Origin: the human T2T-CHM13v2.0 reference genome, Homo sapiens
NCBI RefSeq assembly: GCF_009914755.1
Contig: NC_060937.1
DNA length: 64,000 nucleotides
Strand: one strand, 5' to 3'
In this document: in pieces, positions 40,601 to 54,522 of the stretch
Layout of the letters: every line of letters begins with the position of its first letter
Position numbering within the stretch: the first letter of the stretch is position 1
The notes under the pieces: generated by a model
The model's database searches: none
What the model was told of the DNA's origin: nothing
The model's input: the letters and a program-made list of their open reading frames with translations, nothing else
Translations under genes and position numbers: made by a program

Positions 40601-43094
40601 CTCTCCAGCACATTTACCACTGCCTCTGATGCGCTGGGTGCAGGTTAGAATACTCAGATGATCTGGAACCAATTGAAGTTATGCACTGAGAAAGGCTGAG
40701 TGTTCTCCTGACCATTCCCCAACTTTCTCATGAAATGTAGCACATTAGAAAATATCCTTCTCTTTTGGAAGACCTAACTATAGCCTAATACAATAAATGA
40801 GATAGAATATCATCACCTCATAACCTGAAAATGGCTTATAATGCAAAAGCTTATCATGCAAAACTAATCTTTCTTTGCTCAATAAGAGATTGGCCATTAT
40901 TAATGAAGAACTATAGGGCCATGTGAAATATCAACATTTCCATTGGTATGAACCTTCCATTTTCTCAGATATTTAGAAAATCACAGATAAAACTATCATT
41001 TTCCAGCATAGAAGGTGAAAAGAAAATAATCTTTGTAGACTACATACTATGTATGGCCATTTTGATTACTAAATGAAAATGCGCTCTTTCGTTTGACTCA
41101 GAAAAATAATCGTACTTAGTAAATTTCAAATGTTTTAATACAGTGCTCAAAGTTACACTCTTGAAAAACGTGGACATAAGAATCTTTTTTTTCTCTGTTT
41201 ACTCAATACAACAGTGGTCATGAGATACATGTGTATAAATTAAGTTTATTGAGCTTTACCAAGTTTTAAATCCAGTTTCTGAAATATTTGTAAGGCTAAT
41301 TGTCTTCTATCCTTAAATATTTCTTTCCATACAAAATCCACTTAATGTAAGAGAACAACAACAGGGAAAAAACATTTCCAGTTTGGCAAAAGATGCTTCT
41401 AGAGATATTAAAATACATCTTTATCTCCTTACCTGGTAACTTAAGCACATTATCCCTTTAGTAATCTTTACTTGAAATGTAGATTTAGACAGATATGTTG
41501 CTTAGAGATCACAAAAAATAAAGGCATAGCATCAACGTGAAATATAAATAGTAGCAACAGACACGTTCTATGGGCCATAATTATCAATTATTTTTACTTA
41601 ACATAAAAGATAAAATTAACACTAAAGGAATCAGTTTTACAAAACAGTTATTTTTGAGTAAATTACATCTATGCCTATTGGATCAACTCATGAGAACAAA
41701 TCAAAAATGTAATTTCATACTGAATCATTCCTATTATTTTCTAAGACCACCAAATATAATGCAAAATCAAAGCATATCAATTATTAATCGACCATGTTTT
41801 AAGGTGATTTATATCCATTGGATTTGAGTTCAGGAATGTAACTTGATTATCAATTTGCTTTAAGCTTTATGAAATTCTGAAGAGAATTTCCATTTGTATA
41901 ATAGAGACAAGGCATGGATTGGCATATTACAAACAATAAAGCCATGAGCATGGTGCTGTATCAAAGAATTTCAGGAAGTATAATTGACATAATTATATTT
42001 GAACCAATTTGACTGAATTTATTATAGCCTTCATATTTCCTGAAATGTTACACTTAATCTTTCAAATAATTGTTACACACACAATATTTTTAGTCTCTAT
42101 TTCACAAGCACTGATTCCCCCGCCCTCAAAAATATAAAAGACCTTCTCTTTACCCTTACTTTTAATCAAGGAAGTGGGTGGGGTGGGCTGGCCTGAGTTT
42201 GAACTCTAAATAATCCCCTTCCTCCACATTTCCATGAGGTGCCACTAACATGTGGTAGACGTAGACTTCAGCTTTATCTCCACTTGTGAAAATACTTGCT
42301 AGTCTGCAGCAAAGTACCGCTAAAAGTACAGAGCAAGGCATATTAATCTAAGGATCTAAAAAGCTTCTGTCTCAGAAAGTGGCTACTGACTTTTTATCTG
42401 ATACAAAACTGTCATCCATTTAAAGGGCACCTGATCGTAGAGAAAAGCTATTGTAAGAATTTTAAAGAGTGAGAACAAATGCTTCATTATTTACATAGTG
42501 AAAAGTCCATGCCCCTTTAATTCACAAACCTAAGATGACCAAACAGCAGACCCCAAACAATTTCAAGGTCTATACTTGTCACTTTTATTCTATTGTATTT
42601 TCATATAATCAATAACCATTCCTCATAATCCTGGTGTATTTTAAATTACTGAAATGTTTGCAGTAGCAGGGGTTATTTTTAATTGCTGTGATTATAAATG
42701 TGTCTCCCCTCTACCACTTTTTATCATAAGCAGGGAGTAGAGAACTTAGTCTCACCGGAATGTAATGGTAAGACATTTGGGTGCTGATCCCATGTGTGGG
42801 CACAGAGCTACCTCTGCAATATTATTTCTAAGATTTTTTTATACTTTAAGTCTCAGTGGTGAAATTATTTTCTCCCGAAAAGCCTGAGTGCAAAAAAACA
42901 GAATAAAATTGTTATAAAAATCATATAGTTCAGCAGCAGTTATGATATCTTGATTTGAGGCTGATAGTTCCACCAAGTGTTTTGTAATAATGAATTAAAT
43001 TTATATCTACTCAGAAAAGTATTGGCATCCAATTTTACATGTCAAAATAAAAGAATAGCAACCATCAATGTCTATAGTTTCATCTGAAGGGGAA

Positions 43095-43360
43095 AAACAA
43101 TAATAATGCTTAATAATAGATTTTATTTACTACTCACTTCAGAAGTATGCATTTTAGATAGTTTATTTCATTTAGTTTGTGCAAAGACCTTAAGACATGG
43201 ATAGTCTCACACTAATTTTAAAATTGAAAAAACTGATCCTTAAAATGTTTTAACTTTAATTAAATTAATTGCCCAATTCAAAGAGATAAGAAGTGTCAGA
43301 AACGGATCTGGAATGGAGATTGGTCTAAATAAAAAGCTCATGTTAATTATGATGCAATGA
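43095..43360 (-). mobile_element. MIR, diverged
   Basis: aattttaaaattgaaaaaactga...attgcccaattca...aagtgtcagaaacggatctggaa. Confidence 0.55.
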
Positions 43361-43514
43361 CCCTCTAGAATATTAGCTCAATTTCAGATTGAAACATAGA
43401 TAATGCTGCAGTATTTAATATTTAATGAAGTACTTTGGCTATAAAGAATCAGACATGTTTGAATAATCATATGGGGAAAGTACTGTTCTTTTTTTCAAAT
43501 AATAATTTAGTTGA

Positions 43515-45245
<1,731 letters not shown>

Positions 45246-45259
45246 AAAAACATCAAAAA

Positions 45260-45520
45260 AAGCTTAAAATCAAGATAAACCTTGCAAACTCTTGGTATCC
45301 CATATGAGAGAGCAGGGCTTTTATCTCTATTTTGTGAAGCGTTCTTATAAATCAAAAGGAAAAAAACAACTATCAGAGAAACCCGAAAGGTTATGAACAT
45401 ACAATACATAAAACAAACAACAGTCCAGGTTTCTCATCTATATTCCCAAATAAGAATCTATAAATACCTAAATAAAAGAGATGTTTACTTGCAATTAGCA
45501 ATATTTTTAAAGAAGAGGCT
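45260..45520 (+). mobile_element. Old L1M ORF2-end fragment
   Basis: ttcttataaatcaaaaggaaaaaaacaac...aaaggttatgaacatacaat. Confidence 0.5.
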
Positions 45521-46499
45521 AGACTGGGTTGCTTTATAATTTTTATTAAAAATAATATTTGGTGCCTTTAATAGTACATCAATGAATTAACACAATAATA
45601 TTTTGTTTTGCTGTTACATATGAAAACATTATCATTATAATTGATTTTTATTAATTTTCACAAATATTCTAAAGGTTCTTACTGTAGAAAAAACAGTAGG
45701 TCACAATATTGATGAGAATAAATAAACCACAGGACCTTCCTGCCAAGAACTTAAAACTTACTAGAGGTTGCTCTCATATTTACATAACTGTAACGGAAGT
45801 TTCATTTGGGTGTTGTAAATGCCCATCAGTGGAAGGTGAGGGAATATAAGGATGAATATGTTAAATTATGGTATAAAAAAAAAAAAACTGTGACCACACC
45901 ATGGAATTCTATACCATATAAAGATGAAACAGAATTGGATATTTTTCTTTGTGAACTCTCTGAAGCTGAGTAACAATGTATACAAAATTAATGTATACAT
46001 TAATCTCATGTAAAAAGAACAGCATCCTTTGTAAAAGTTTTCCCATTTATTTACTTTATACAAAAGATTTTCCAATCCGTGTTATAAAAATATTCTTTAT
46101 AATTCTAATATCTCTATTAGAATAAAGGCTAATTTGGATTGGGAGATTTGGAAATGCATCAAAGAGGAAACACATCCTCCCAGGGATGGGCAAGACTTTG
46201 GAAGGCTGACTTTGAGAGTGGAAGGCAATTTGTAACAGAGTCCCAACAGCCATATACTCAAAAGTTAAAATTCTTTTATTAAGATTCTGCATCACTCAGG
46301 GTTTGCTCAGGAAAACAGAAACAACTCTGGTTTTTTCAGGTGGAACTACACTTATTTCTCAAAATTATGTGTTTACAAGAACTGCTGGAAGGAGCGAACC
46401 TCAGAGAAGGCCATGGGAAACTCATTTTTACCACTGTCTCTAAGAGAATTTGGAAACTGCTCTGTAATCACTCCTGCTTGCTGTGTCAAGGTGAGAGTC

Positions 46500-46748
46500 T
46501 CACAGGAAAATGCCCAGAGGCTGCTGCAAAACCTCAGGTCAGCTGGGGACCATGTGTTTTACCACAACAGAGACAGATGCAGAGACCAAGTGGAGAGACA
46601 GGAAGGAATTTCTGAATCCCACATCCATTTGTTCTGGAGGCCTTGTGCCCCTTGAAGTATTTTATGATTCAATAAATTCAGCCTTTTGCCGAAAGCAGCC
46701 CCGATTTAATGTGTGTTAAATGCAATCAGAACAATCCTGATTAATGCA
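46500..46748 (+). mobile_element. Old MLT1-family LTR 3' portion
   Basis: caataaattc...tgcaatcagaacaatcctgattaatgca terminus. Confidence 0.5.
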
Positions 46749-47004
46749 AGCCTCCTACCTCTCATGGCATTTTTGTTACTGTTGTTGTCAACACAAGCTT
46801 TTCCAGAAAAAGTTGTCCTATTTCTCAAATTTTTGCAGTTTTCTCCTCAATAGAGAGTGATAGGACTCTCTCTCCATCAGATATGGAGAGTCCTATCCAT
46901 AGGACGAGGATATGGAGAAGGTAAGATTTTTTAATTCAGGTTCATTCTCAGATCTTGTGTTTCTTGGAGTTCCCACATTTCCCTAATTCGCTTCAGGGGC
47001 AGTG

Positions 47005-47265
47005 CTATTTGGTGATTAAGGCCAGAGACCCTGGAGTCAGCACCTCAGTCTTGCAGGCCATCTAGGGGGCAATGGGTAGGGTCGTTGACTACCCTAGCTA
47101 AGAGTCCTCGTGTTAAATGGAAGTGACTATACTTCTAATGTCTAGGCCTACTGGAAAGATAAGAAAATGGAAGTGACTGTACTTCTAATGTCTAGGCCTA
47201 CTGGAAAGATAAGATGAAACCCTGGGTGTGAGGAGCAGGGCCTACTAAGTGCACGGAGGAAATGC
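47005..47265 (+). mobile_element. MIR containing a 50-bp tandem duplication (47115-47164 / 47165-47214)
   Basis: ggtgattaagg...ctggagtcag MIR head; duplicate copies differ at 1 of 50 bases. Confidence 0.7.
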
Positions 47266-47871
47266 ACTTGATACATTTCACTACTTTGTCCAGATTCTTG
47301 GGGCAGAAGTTGGAAGGTGGGAACAGTTGAAGCCTTATTTCTGTGAGCACTGTGGATAGTACCAGGACATAGCCCTTCCTTACTTTAAAGTATTCCAGGG
47401 TGTACTCATTCTTTTTGTTTTACTGGTTGCATAATGTCTAAGCTGAGCTGCTATTATAGAAGGTTTGCCCTTTGAAGAGATAATAACAAGTTGAACTCAA
47501 TTTACTGAGTAAATCTGGATCAAGCCTTTCATGCTATTTGATTGCTTCAATCTGCCATTATAAAATCATCCTATAAAAAAACGTGATGTAGATTACTAAT
47601 AATGGTATTTTCATTTTTATCTAACTAACTGAGAAATAAAATGTTGGTTTCCACTTAAACTGTTATTTGAGGAAACCAGTGAGAGGAAAGTCATTCTGAG
47701 TATGTAACCTCTAATATCATAATATTTGGACTGTATTTTATTCTTACTATATGATTAACCCTTTGTCTTGCAGATACATTTCTCAAAATGAGTACACTCA
47801 GGATTGTGCAAAATTAGTTCACATGATTATACAAGACAAACAAAGACTCTTTTAGGATTATATAACCACAT

Positions 47872-47912
47872 AGGATTATACAAGAGAGCCTTTGGTTCTT
47901 TTGTATAATCCT
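47872..47912. repeat. 19-bp inverted repeat / hairpin with 3-nt loop
   Basis: aggattatacaagagagcc-ttt-ggttcttttgtataatcct; 17 Watson-Crick plus 2 G-T pairs. Confidence 0.85.
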
Positions 47913-48254
47913 GTAAGCATACTTAATCAGGACACCATATTGTTTAATACAAGCTAAAAATAATGTTTCTGATCAAGATAATATATTATCATATATTTTT
48001 TAAAAAGCGTCTAACAGGCATTCAGATTTCCTTCCTTTACTGCGGTCTGTGTATTTCTAGGTTCTGAAATAGATTAATAAAATATAAATATAAACCTATG
48101 TTTGAACATAATTATACTTTAATTACATGTCTCTATATCTGTCCATCTATTGTTGCAGACCTTAAACATTATGAATTATGGATATTTATAATTTTCTTTA
48201 GTTCTTGTTATTGATCATTTTTTCAAAAGCTGAAAATGGGTATAAAACACAACG

Positions 48255-48498
48255 AAGACATCAGCTTGGCAACATAGAGAGACCTCATCTCTACAAGAAC
48301 ATTAAAAAATTAGCCAGACGTGGTGGTGCACACTGGTGGTCCCAGCTATGGGAGGCTGAGGCAAAGGCATCTCTTGAGCCCGGGAATTGGAGACTGCAGT
48401 GAGCTGTGATCTTGCCACTGCACTCCAGCCTGGGCAACAGTGTGAAACCCTGTCCCTACAAAAAAGAAAAAAAGAAGAGAGAGAGAAAAAGAAAGAAA
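48255..48498 (+). mobile_element. 5'-truncated AluJ with A/GA-rich tail
   Basis: ggcaacatagagagacctcatctctac...cttgagcccgggaattggagactgcagtgagctgtgatc. Confidence 0.9.
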
Positions 48499-50625
48499 CA
48501 TGGAGGAAAATGGGCAGAGTGGGCAACGGGAGTCACAGTACAGCATTCCTGGTTCATGTCACCTGCACTCTCTGAGGTGGGTTAACTCTGCAAGTCTTCA
48601 CCATTTCCACGGATCTTTGATTTACCTTTCTTGGTACCTCAAGAGGTTCCTTGCCTCCCTTCCCAGGAAAGCCTGGATGCCAACGTGGAGATGTGGCAAG
48701 ATCTAAAGTAATTAAAGCTTTCTCTGGCTACCTCTCTGTCCCTCACCTTTTTCCAAATAAATTAGTAACTCCCCCCCATGACTCATATTTTACATTACAA
48801 TTTGTTTCCTGTAAAAACGTATTTTCTAGATTTTTTTTTAATATATGAACTGAAAAGTTGAAAAGCAGTCACAAAATAAGCCATTTTACAAAGTTGAGTA
48901 ATGATAATTTTTTGGTCCAGTTACACAGGAAGCTTATTTTCTCCTTATTCTCATAAATCAGAGAATATGAATTCTGATATCGTTAAACCTCAATTAGCAA
49001 AATGGAAAGAAGGTCAGAGACTTAATTTGGATAATGAGGGCTTCAGATAAGGATGGGAAGTTCTTAACGTAAATGATGCATGTACAGAAACATGGCCTAA
49101 TTCAGATAACGGAGCTTTTTAGATAAGAGGTTCACATAATCAACTTTTCTGAGAGTTGACTTAAAATGTAGACCAAAATGCTTTAAAAAACAGTTAAGGA
49201 TAAATTAGTAAAATACATGTATAAGATATAGAGAGAGACTCAACTAGACACATCCGGCAGCATATATATTTCTTTTGTTGAACAAGTCTTTCATTCTCTT
49301 TACCTACTTACATTTTATTTGAAAAAGAAAGACCATGTGCTGTTATAATACGAGAGGTTTTCTCCTGGGCACAGCCATTAAGAAATACAAGCAACTTTGT
49401 ATCAAAATACGTTCTTACAATAAATACTGAAACACATTCTTCCTTTCCGGTCCTTCGGGAGCTTAGTTAAGTTATTCTTGGTGCCCTTCCAAACCCTTTC
49501 CAATATCCTCCATTCCATTCAACACTATGTTTGTGTCCATTTGTTTCCAGAATTAGCTGTTCAGTTTAGTCAATTCAGTTTTTAAAAATCCATTCTGGAA
49601 AAAAAACAAAAAAATAGTAATTGAGTCAGCCGTTTCTTTATTATTTTTTGACCATATAATCATCTGTTTTTAAAGAGAATTAATGATTTTATAGATACAT
49701 TGTATTTATTGAAGAAAAAAAGAGTTTAATCGTAAGAAAATAAGCATATCTTATAAATTCTCTGAATTGGGCCCTAAACATCACTTCCTATCTTTGTATT
49801 GGCAAATTACTCCGACCTATATTCCATTTGAAAATATATCAAACTAAATTTATTAAATAATTTTACAGCAACTGTGTTATTCTATAAAATATATGGCAGT
49901 CTCAAGAAAATGGATTTTACATAAATATTAGCTTTATCATCACACAAGTATGCATATATACATCTATATGTTTTTGTACTTTACTTTTATTGCAACCCTT
50001 ACATATCTAAGTCTATCTATAATACATTGACTTTTTTTTTCTTTTAGGCTTGAATTTACACTAGCATGTGCTTTCCTAGGGATGGAAAGTTTAATTCCGA
50101 TACAATCTCAAGTATATTGGCTTATGTTTACCTGTCTGTGGCCAGAGAATTATCTAACCAAATCAAAATAAAGTCTTGATGTCATGTTTCAAAACATAGG
50201 CCAGAGGATTGTTTTCTTTCATTCTCTCAGTAAAATTGTGATAAGAAACATAGAAAGCTTCTCCATAGTTTTCATTCTTACTTCCTTCTCTTTTAGGGTA
50301 TATTCCTTACAATGACTGCCTAGACAAGAATTATTGTGTGAGTTATTATTTATTGAGAATGTGTTCTTTGGAGCAAGAATGAAAGAGTGAGGCACAGGAA
50401 AATATCTAAGCAAGAATGTGGTCTAAGGTGCAGTCTAGATCCAAGCCGATCCCACAGGAAAATGTGTAGTATGAACTGCATTCCCGAGGTGCCCTCCCAT
50501 TAGGTTAAGGGGTCAGGTGGCTTATTGTACCCATCTATTGATCAGTCGTTGACTGAGGGCTCAGTGTCAGGTGGGGACGGAGTTCTGGGGAGATCTGTTG
50601 CATAATTCCTGATTCAGCACAGTGG

Positions 50626-51277
50626 TGAAAGGTGAAGTCAGCTGGGCTTCTGGGTTGAGTGGGGACTTGGAGAACTTTTCCGTCTAGCTAAAGGATTGTA
50701 AACGCACCAATCAGTGCTCTGTGTCTAGCTAAAGGTTTGTAAATGCACCAATCAGCACTCGGTAAAAATGCACCCATCAGTGCTCTGTGTCTAGCTAAAG
50801 GTTTGTAAAGGCACCAATCAGCACTCTCTAAAAACTGACCAATCAGCACTCTGTAAAACGGACCAATCAACACTCTGTAATATGGACCAATCAGCATGAC
50901 ATGGGCGGGGTCAAATAAGGGAATAAAAGCTGGCCACCCGAGCCAACAGTGGCAACCTGCGTGGGTCCTGTTCCTTAGCCTTGCGTGCTGTGGAAGCTGT
51001 TATTTTGCTCTTCACGGTAAATCTTGCTGTTGCTCACTCTTTGGGTCCGTGCCACCTTTAAGAGCTGTAACCCTTACTGTGAAGGTCTATGGCTTCACTC
51101 CTGAAATCAAGCGAGACCACGAATGCACTGGAGGGAAGAAATTCTGGATACATCTGAAGGATCAAACTCTGGACACACCATCTTTAAGAACTGTAACACT
51201 CACCACAAGGGTTCATGGCTTCATTCTTGAAGTCAGCAAGACCAAAAACCCACCGGAAGGAACCAATTCCAGACACG
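50626..51277 (+). mobile_element. LTR12 (LTR12F-like) ERV9 solo LTR
   Basis: tgaaaggtgaagtcagctgg...ggggacttggagaactttt; repeated gtctagctaaagg/ccaatcagcactctg units; end aaccaattccagacacg; 4-bp TSD GTGG at 50622-50625 and 51278-51281. Confidence 0.95.
50680..50960 (+). promoter_or_regulatory. LTR12 U3 promoter: CCAAT (NF-Y) array, GC box, AATAAAA TATA-like element
   Basis: CCAAT at 50707, 50748, 50814, 50839, 50863, 50887; GGGCGGGG 50903-50910; AATAAAA 50922-50928. Activity not shown by sequence. Confidence 0.65.
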
Positions 51278-51470
51278 GTGGCTTTGGTTTACTGAAGGCA
51301 CTTGTATAGTCAGTACTCACAGCAGCTGGTGAATTTACGGCCATGAGGTAAATTTGAAGACATATCATCAAAAGTGTTTCTACAACTTCTCTTCTGCTTT
51401 CCCTTAGACTAACTACATTTAGTTACCTTTGTTTACAGGTTCCTCTCTATGTCCTAACTGTATTCTAGAA

Positions 51471-51560
51471 CAAGGGTCAGAAAACTTTTCCTGAAGAGGA
51501 TAGATAGTAAATATTTTTGGCTTTGGGAACCACCTATGGTCTCTGTCACAGATTCTTTCA
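51471..51560 (+). mobile_element. MER58A hAT-Charlie MITE 5' fragment
   Basis: caagggtcagaaaacttttcctgaagaggatagatagtaaatatttttggcttt...tatggtctctgtcaca. Confidence 0.75.
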
Positions 51561-51949
51561 TATTCTGGAATCTCCTAGAGTTGTAGAGCATTAAAAAAAG
51601 ATACAACTTATTAACAATACTCAAACAAAAATTGTATTTATAAAGAAAATGATAAGATTATAGTCTTAAAATATGAGGTCTGTCAGACTTGAGAAGTTAA
51701 GCAGTGATGAGGAGATGGGATGGAAGAAGTCAGGGGGAATGTGATGCAAAGAACAGTCCAGATGTAGCCCATCAGAAACAAGGCCATGAAAGGTATTCTA
51801 GAAAAATCCAAAATCATCTTGCTGTTCTCTTAAGATTTTTCTTGGAGGGCGTGTGTGCTCTGAAGGGAGTAGACCTATTTACTTAATTACAAAACCCCAG
51901 ACTGTAGCTAATGAGGACTGCAATACGCACCTAATACAGGAGAGTATAT

Positions 51950-52176
51950 TGTACCCTCTTACTCCAACCACCACCCCACCACCGTGAGGCCCAAAGAGAA
52001 GCATCCCTTCCACGTGAGTTACAGAAGACGATTTGTGAAGTCAAGCCAAGCTGAGCTCAGAAGAGTCAGCCCTGACCAGAAATCATAATGTAACATCAGC
52101 AGGAAATAGAAGTTGTTCTCATAAACCACTGAAGCAATTTGGTTGGTTGTTACTGCTGTGAAAGCTGACTAATACA
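51950..52176 (+). mobile_element. Old MLT1-family LTR 3' portion
   Basis: ttgttctcataaaccactgaag..tttgg..ggttgttactg...agctgactaataca terminus. Confidence 0.65.
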
Positions 52177-52289
52177 GAAAAGCTGACATACTCACTTCTG
52201 AATGAGTTTGCCTCATTAGCATTTTGGAATGAAGTAAGAAATAATGAGTTAGGAATTAATCATTCTATAAGAAAAATGGACATTTATGT

Positions 52290-52440
52290 ATGCAGATACT
52301 TCTTAAAAATTTTAACACCAGTTAACTTGTTTAATTCTCATTAAAGAAGTCCTGAGTCACAGGTTGAATAGTTTGCTGAATTTTCAGTGGCAAAGCTGAG
52401 ATTTGAATACAGAAATTCTCTCTCTAAAGAGTATATACAG
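52290..52440 (-). mobile_element. MIR fragment
   Basis: aggttgaatagtttgc...agtggcaaagctgagatttgaatacag. Confidence 0.5.
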
Positions 52441-53092
52441 GTAAGATTTACACTACCCAGATGCTATAGTGAAATGTGTGTGTTCATATAAACTCAGGAT
52501 CTGGGAGTCTCATTTTTGTGGCTGTTTTTAGACAAAGCAAACTTTCAAACAAATAGAGAATTTCTGGCATTTTGAAGAAGATGAAGGGGAACAGAAATAC
52601 AGAGACCTGTAAAATTGAGCAGCATTATGCCATGAAAAAGACAGATAATTCCAAATTCCTTTCCTCTTATCGAAGGCTTTGTATATTTCATTTTACTAGG
52701 AAATGTGGCATATCCATTTATTCTTATCATGGGTCCTACTTTTCACCTTAGTAAGGTTGAATTTCTCTCTGTTCTAGCAACCAAACGATGCCTAGCTAAG
52801 CCAAACAGCCCAACAGTGTTGGAAAGACATTTTATGTGGTGACAGATGTTGAAATGAACCATACTGGCTACACAATAAAAGCTTGAAGAGTGTTTTTTTT
52901 TAAAAACTGATTAATCAGAGGAATGAAAAATCAAGGGCAACTATGAATGAGAGCAAAGAGAGGTGACCAGATTTTATTTGAAGATTGAATTTTAGTAAGA
53001 TGAATGGTTGGGGAAAACCCCGGGAGTCATGAAACAAATACATAAAGAATCAGGTGAAATTAATGATGAAGAATCAACTGAAAATTGCATAC

Positions 53093-53241
53093 CTTTATTT
53101 TATTTATTTATTTGTTAAGACAGGGTCTTGATCTGCTGCCCAACTTGGTGTCTCGCTCTGCTGCCCAGCTTGGTCTCATACTCTGGGCCTCAAGTGATCC
53201 TCCCATCTCGGCCTCCCAAAGTGTTGTAATTATAAGCATGA
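53093..53241 (-). mobile_element. FLAM / Alu monomer with ~25-bp internal tandem duplication
   Basis: (TTTA)n tail; gtcttgatctgctgcccaacttggt then gtctcgctctgctgcccagcttggt; ctcaagtgatcctcccatctcggcctcccaaagtg. Confidence 0.85.
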
Positions 53242-53329
53242 GAAATTTCAGTGTCTTTAATTGTGTTTTTAAGAAATGTCAAAACAGCCTGAGAGAAATT
53301 AGTTGTAGCACTTAAAACAATCAATAGTC

Positions 53330-53700
53330 ATTATTTGCAAGTAGCTCCTAGACAAATAAAAACAAATGTATTTTGACAAAGGATGTGAATAGACAATCTG
53401 TAGGAAAACATACAGATTGTCAATAAATGAGTGAAAATATACCCAACTTCATGGCTAATCAGGGGAATGCAACTTGTAACATTAAGATACTATTTCTTCC
53501 CTGTTGGAAGAGTTGACAAAATATATTACTGGTATAATTAAGAAAAAATAATATTATCATATAATACCAATTTTAATATAAAATGCTAGTTTTTCCAAGT
53601 AAGTGGACAGTATCTGTTCATGTTTGAAGTACACATAGCTGTGATCCAGAAATCCAAATTGTAAGCATCTGTCTTGAAGAATAAAAGTCAAAAGAGATGC
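53330..53700 (+). mobile_element. Old L1M (MD/ME-like) fragment
   Basis: caaaggatgtgaatagacaat...caataaat..tgaaaa...ctaatcaggggaatgcaa. Confidence 0.65.
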
Positions 53701-54014
53701 TTTGAAATTGGAGATAGAATAAAATTAATAATATATAATAACGATTAATATTTTATACATAAAATAATAATACAATCTTTAGGTAATAATATATAATTAT
53801 GAAACAGATGGATTTTCCCATCTCTTCTGGCTTCCAAATCTCAAGGAAGTGCTTTTATTTTTGGAATTTCATGTCTGGCCTAGGGGGCAGGGGCTTGGGA
53901 AATGCACTTTCCCAGAGTAAGTGTGATGAGGGAGAGACTGTGGAAAGGGGTAGCAATGATGCCACATCAACCACAGAGAACAGGACCCAGCACAGACAGT
54001 CTACTTCTTTGTCA

Positions 54015-54060
54015 ACACATACACACACACACGCGCGCGCGCACACACACACACACACAC
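54015..54060. repeat. (CA)n-(CG)5-(CA)n compound alternating purine-pyrimidine tract
   Basis: acacatacacacacacacgcgcgcgcgcacacacacacacacacac. Confidence 0.95.
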
Positions 54061-54522
54061 TGTTTCAGTTAGTTCTTGCTAACTCCACGACTTGGCAATG
54101 AGTTATTATTTCTCAGGATTCTGTGGTTTGGTTGGATGGGTTCTCTGTTGGTTTCACCTGGGCTCACTGATGGAACTACATCCAAGTGGAAGGTACAGGT
54201 AGGCTCACTCACATTTCAGCAGTTAGTACCTGCAGGTGCCAGAGGACACTGAGTCCTCCACATGAGCTCATGTGTACAGAAGGCTTAGACTAACTTCCTT
54301 TCGGACCTGCAATCCAAAGAGTGAAACTGGAGACTACATGTTCTCTCAAGGCCTAGTCTCAGAAGTTATGGAGCAACAATCAGTTCCATTTTGTTAAGTC
54401 ACTGAGCCAGCTGAGATTCAAGATTCCGTATATTACTTGGAGGAGAGGCAAAGTCCCGTTGAACAGAGGTATGCAATCTGGGATGGTAGAAACATGTGAA
54501 ACTATTTGTAATCTTCCACACA
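54061..54522 (-). mobile_element. MLT1 (G/H-like) LTR, possibly with adjacent internal sequence to the right
   Basis: tgtttcagttag...ttattatttctcaggattctgtgg...cacctgggctcact...aaggcctagtctcagaagt...aatcttccaca. Confidence 0.7.

Larger units (their letters stand above)
50320..51385 (-). mobile_element. LTR16-family (ERVL) LTR split by LTR12 insertion
   Basis: aagcaagaatgtggtct...gccgatcccacagg...ttgtaccc...tcagtcgttgactg on the left; cacagcagctgg...tttctaca on the right. Confidence 0.55.

Noticed and set aside
50680-50895. Regularly spaced repeats that superficially resemble a CRISPR array
   Set aside because: Normal LTR12 U3 tandem CCAAT units; no unique spacers, no cas genes, eukaryotic context
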